Source of the DNA: Trypethelium eluteriae
Taxonomy: Eukaryota
Reading direction: 5' to 3'
Assembly: GCA_051942245.1 (NCBI GenBank)
Contig: JAVECL010000218.1
Span: forward strand, 1-35,089
Length of the DNA: 35,089 bases
Shown: positions 31,425 to 35,089 of the stretch, piece after piece
Position numbering within the stretch: position 1 is the first letter of the stretch
Layout of the letters: each line of letters opens with the position of its first letter
Translations under genes and position numbers: made by a program
The notes under the pieces: generated by a model
Database searches by the model: none
Told to the model about the DNA's origin: nothing
The model's input: the letters and a program-made list of their open reading frames with translations, nothing else

Positions 31425-34400
31425 CGTACCTAGCCGTCCGATGAGCTCGGGGCAGTAATAACTGTTCTTCTTCCCAAACTAGAAGACATTCTCAAACAAG
31501 CAGGCGCTTCTCTGCACGAAACTGCGTCGACGACGTATTGATGAGGATATCAATATGCTATGCATGGAGCAGTTCTTCATCCTTCGTCCCCACTGTGGGT
31601 TGCAATAATCATGTTAGACCCAGTCCTATGGCCTCGCAGTAGCAAACGAGCTTTGTATTGCAGCAATTCCGCTGCCAAAGAGACTCCGGCTATCTGCCTC
31701 CTCTAGCCTTTCGTGCATGCAAACTACGCGGGACCGCAAGCAACACAAAGTTGTCATTCTCTTGCACTGTCACCAGTGTTCATGCCATTTGCCGGCAGAC
31801 ATTCCGACCAATGCAAGCTTCCCAGCCAGCCAATGTTTTCCTTTTGCCGGCAGTCTCACCAGGTTGATAGGTTGGGTTGCACGAAGTCGGAGTCAAAGCT
31901 GGCTGGAATGGGGTTTTTTTGCAATGAATAAATGAACAGGTGCGAGCGATCCGATGAGGAGCAGCAGCAGCAATAACGACACAAGCTTTGGCAATGTCTT
32001 CCGGTCGCCTTCAGGGTTCTACAGTACAAGGATGGTCCGAAGTACTTGCGACCACGCCTTATCCTGTCATGTATATTGGCGTGTCTGGGCAAATAGAAAC
32101 TCGCCCGTGCCACCTCCATGCCATCATCACGCATCTGAGCCGCATTGGATCCCAGACAAAGCTCAACTGCCTTCCTCGATAGTTGCTCTTAAATATGCAT
32201 CCAAAGATCTACAGGGAACTTTATCCTCAAACAACCTCCTTCCTTTTACTTGTGGCTTTGACGTATATGGCTGGCTACGTTCGCGCAAGCCGTCCTTCTC
32301 TTTCGCTCAAAATCGTATCGAAGTAGATTAGCACTTTATGTGCACACAAGCCATCGCCTGCTCCCGTCAACTTTTACGCATCTTTCCCGCATCTCTCACG
32401 CATATGTACTGCTCAACCAATGGCGTCCATGCCATCAGAAAGCATGACACAAAGATTTGTCGTACTTACACGGTTTCTGTCATGGCATAGCGACTGCGGC
32501 TCCTACAACTGCGCCTTGCCGCTGGCTGGCATCGACTTTATGTAGCGATAACGCAAGATGGAGACGGGATGTCTAATTTTACTTGCTGGACGATGAATCT
32601 ACCCACCCACATCCCACTTCGCGTCGCAGTATCTACCCCTCTTACCACATCCGGCTTAGCATCAGCGCATGATCGTCGGACCTCTGCAGTTTTTGTGGAG
32701 ACGGCCAACGTTTGCTGGCCATAAGTCTCATCCACATCGCAGTAGTTGCCCTCGGTGTCAGTACGTACCTTAAGCGAGTAGCCGGTGTGTTTGGGGATCC
32801 AATAGCTTCTTTGGAATAAGCCTTTTGAGTTTTTAAATTCTTCACTATCTCCGAAGGGCTCCTCAGGAACACGAGGACGCGGACCCACTGCAGCAGACTA
32901 TGACCATGTTATGGGAACATCGGAGTAAATTACGGCAGTACTTTCCTCAACGGTGTTAAAAGACCAAGCCACCGAGCCATGCAAGGCGTCCCTAAGCAGC
33001 CGCTGTGGGGTGGGTTCAATTGTCAACGTGACCTAAAAAGAAAGACCCTGGAACAGTCATAGCGGCATTGCGAGTCACCACGAGCCTATGGCTGTGCATG
33101 TACATGACATCGGTGATAGTGCTGGCTTTGAAGATGGCCGATATACCGGAAGGACTGTAGTATGAGGTCAGAAAGGTAGACGCCGTTGTAGATCTCCGGT
33201 ACGCTAAGGGAAAACTTTGTCGACCTTCCGACATCATGTCATTTTCCTGGTCTCCATCCAGTATTGTCAATACTCTTCAAACCAGAGATCGACCAGAAAA
33301 TCGAGTCAAGTTGCCACTCTCTTACGATCTTAAACAGCTCCCTCGAATGGTTTCGGAGGCAATCGTCAGATACCGACAACGTGGTCATAACCGGCTACAT
33401 TTGAAATCGAGCATCCGTCAACTCGCTGCTGTATCCATACCAATGCCGTTGAAATAAACATACTCGTCATTGCATGAGCGACAAGTTCAATAAGCCTACT
33501 GAATCGAGTATGTCGTGTTACCTCAGCACAGGCAATCTGACATATCTGTTCATGAATATACTCGTGGGGCTTTGTAAACTTGCAGCGCTTTCCATGTGCC
33601 ACTGCGTACCTTAAAAGCACTATACATGTAGGTAGGTAGTCGCAGCAGCCCGCTACTGCCTTAGGATAAGTCTATTTCCCAGCAACAGATTAGCTATGCG
33701 TGGTCCATTTCATGTATTAAGGTTCCCGATGTGTTATTTAGTAATATAGGGCTGTAACATTCCTGTTCGAAGTGGTCATGCTTATCCTTACGCTGCCGGA
33801 TTTGCTCAATTTTACTTGGTAGCATCTGATATTACTATCCCCGTTCCCTTGGACTCGGCTTTCTGGAATGCTGCCAATGTGGATGAAGCCAACATCATCA
33901 AAAACGATACCCACGGCCCTGCTCACATTCAATTTCGGCCGTGAGTAATGGATTCTGTGCCTATATATCACTGTTGCTCTTCCCGCACTCATGTTTGAGA
34001 AGCCAGCAGCTGAGCTGGGACTCGGGTAAGTACCTAGCCAGGGCTTTCTGAGAAAAGAAGATACGATGAGGTTAGTGCTATCAAACTTGCCGCTTGTTCT
34101 CTGCAAAGGTCTTCTGGGTATGGTACTAAAACTTTACGAACGCGCCTATCGATCATCCTGCGCCTCAATTGCGACATGGATTAATAGATTCCCGAGTTCA
34201 AAGACTGATTGTCTGAAGTATTAGTATCGATGGTACAACTGGCGAACGCTACTGATGCAGAATTTGCTCAGTGGATGAGGATTTGAAAAGGACTGATCAA
34301 AGATCGAAGCTGTTAGCCTCAGACCACCTCCCATGCCGTAACCCAGCCACATGAATCATTGGAAACCACAAATGCAGGACCAGACCGTACCGCGCTATGC

Positions 34401-34432
34401 AAATACTTGAAACCCTTTGATGAACACCAAGA

Positions 34433-35089
34433 TCATAGGAACAGTTGCAGCATTTGCTTTGGTCCGGATACCTTCCTATGGCACCCCTCGACCACGCACG
34501 TCGTAAACCCCGTCTTCGTTCCCGCCTTCGCCTTCCCCTTTCCCATCGGCTCCTTCCCTTTCTTCTTCGCACTACCCCTCCCGTGCGCGCACTCGCCGCA
34601 GTAGACCTATAACCGGCATCGTCAGCATCATTCACCAACACAGCACTCATCTTCGACCTCCCAGCAAAGAGACAATATCCAAAAGAGCCACTCACATGTC
34701 CACACCCCTTCACGATCCACACCTGCACCTTCAACGTCCCCTCCCCTCCATCCCCAAGCTCATCCCCACAATTCGGACACACCAACACCTCCTCCGCAGG
34801 GCTCCTCGTAAACCCCTCCCGCGCCGGCGCCGGCGGCTCCAACATCTCCTTCATCCGCCGCTGCCGCCCGTCTCCACCCGCATACCCCAAGTCGAACCCG
34901 ACGCTCTCGTAATCCTCAGGCCCGATCCCGATGTGCACGAGCGGCGTCGCCCCCACGCCCACCGCCGCCGCGGGCGTCGCGACGCGGATGCCGCGCTCGG
35001 TGCCGCGGTGGTGATGGTGGTGGTGATGGTGATGATGGTGGTGTCGGTGCGGGTTGGAGCCGCCACCACCGGCAGCTGGGTCGTGCAGG
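34433..35089 (-). CDS. Slx5/Rfp1-like RING-variant protein, 5'-truncated by the window edge; exons >35089-34696 and 34606-34433
   Basis: Intron 34695-34607 (GTGAGT..GCTGAC..TAG) joins GFTRSP..VLVCPNCGDELG...VWIVKGCGH to VYCGECA...CVVEGC...QMLQLFL*. This is a terminal RING variant of the kind seen in fungal Slx5/Rfp1 proteins. Confidence 0.72.
35008..35043 (-). repeat. CAC/CAT trinucleotide run encoding 12 consecutive His
   Basis: In frame with the RING ORF: NPHRHHHHHHHHHHHHRGTE. Confidence 0.85.

Noticed and set aside
32538..32888. 116-aa minus-strand ORF
   Set aside because: Non-ATG start, no recognisable domain, and no convincing splice model.

Overview
Gene-dense eukaryotic DNA from a filamentous ascomycete (Pezizomycotina). 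The lineage call is inferred from short GT-AG introns with CTAAC/CTGAC-type branch points and from the gene families present. In order, the window holds: an RNF4/Slx8-like RING gene (-); an intronless mitochondrial DNA polymerase gamma, MIP1 (+); a very large Pro/Glu/Lys/Val-rich repetitive protein (+); ceramide synthase LAC1 (-); an orphan protein with a signal peptide (+); DCN1 (-); sorting nexin MVP1 (-); pH sensor palH/RIM21 (-); an AmdX/Adr1-like C2H2 transcription factor (-); about 5.9 kb without a convincing gene; and the 3' part of an Slx5/Rfp1-like RING gene (-). I found no rRNA, tRNA, CRISPR array or transposon. The observations most worth following up are (i) the charge-graded, block-copolymer-like proline-rich protein, (ii) an in-frame NLS-like alternative N-terminus hidden in a DCN1 intron, (iii) three sharp C-to-G strand-skew flips that cross exon, intron and UTR boundaries, and (iv) both putative SUMO-targeted ubiquitin ligase subunits at the two ends of the window. 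All family calls come from motif recognition by eye. No database search was run, and the exon models are manual predictions.
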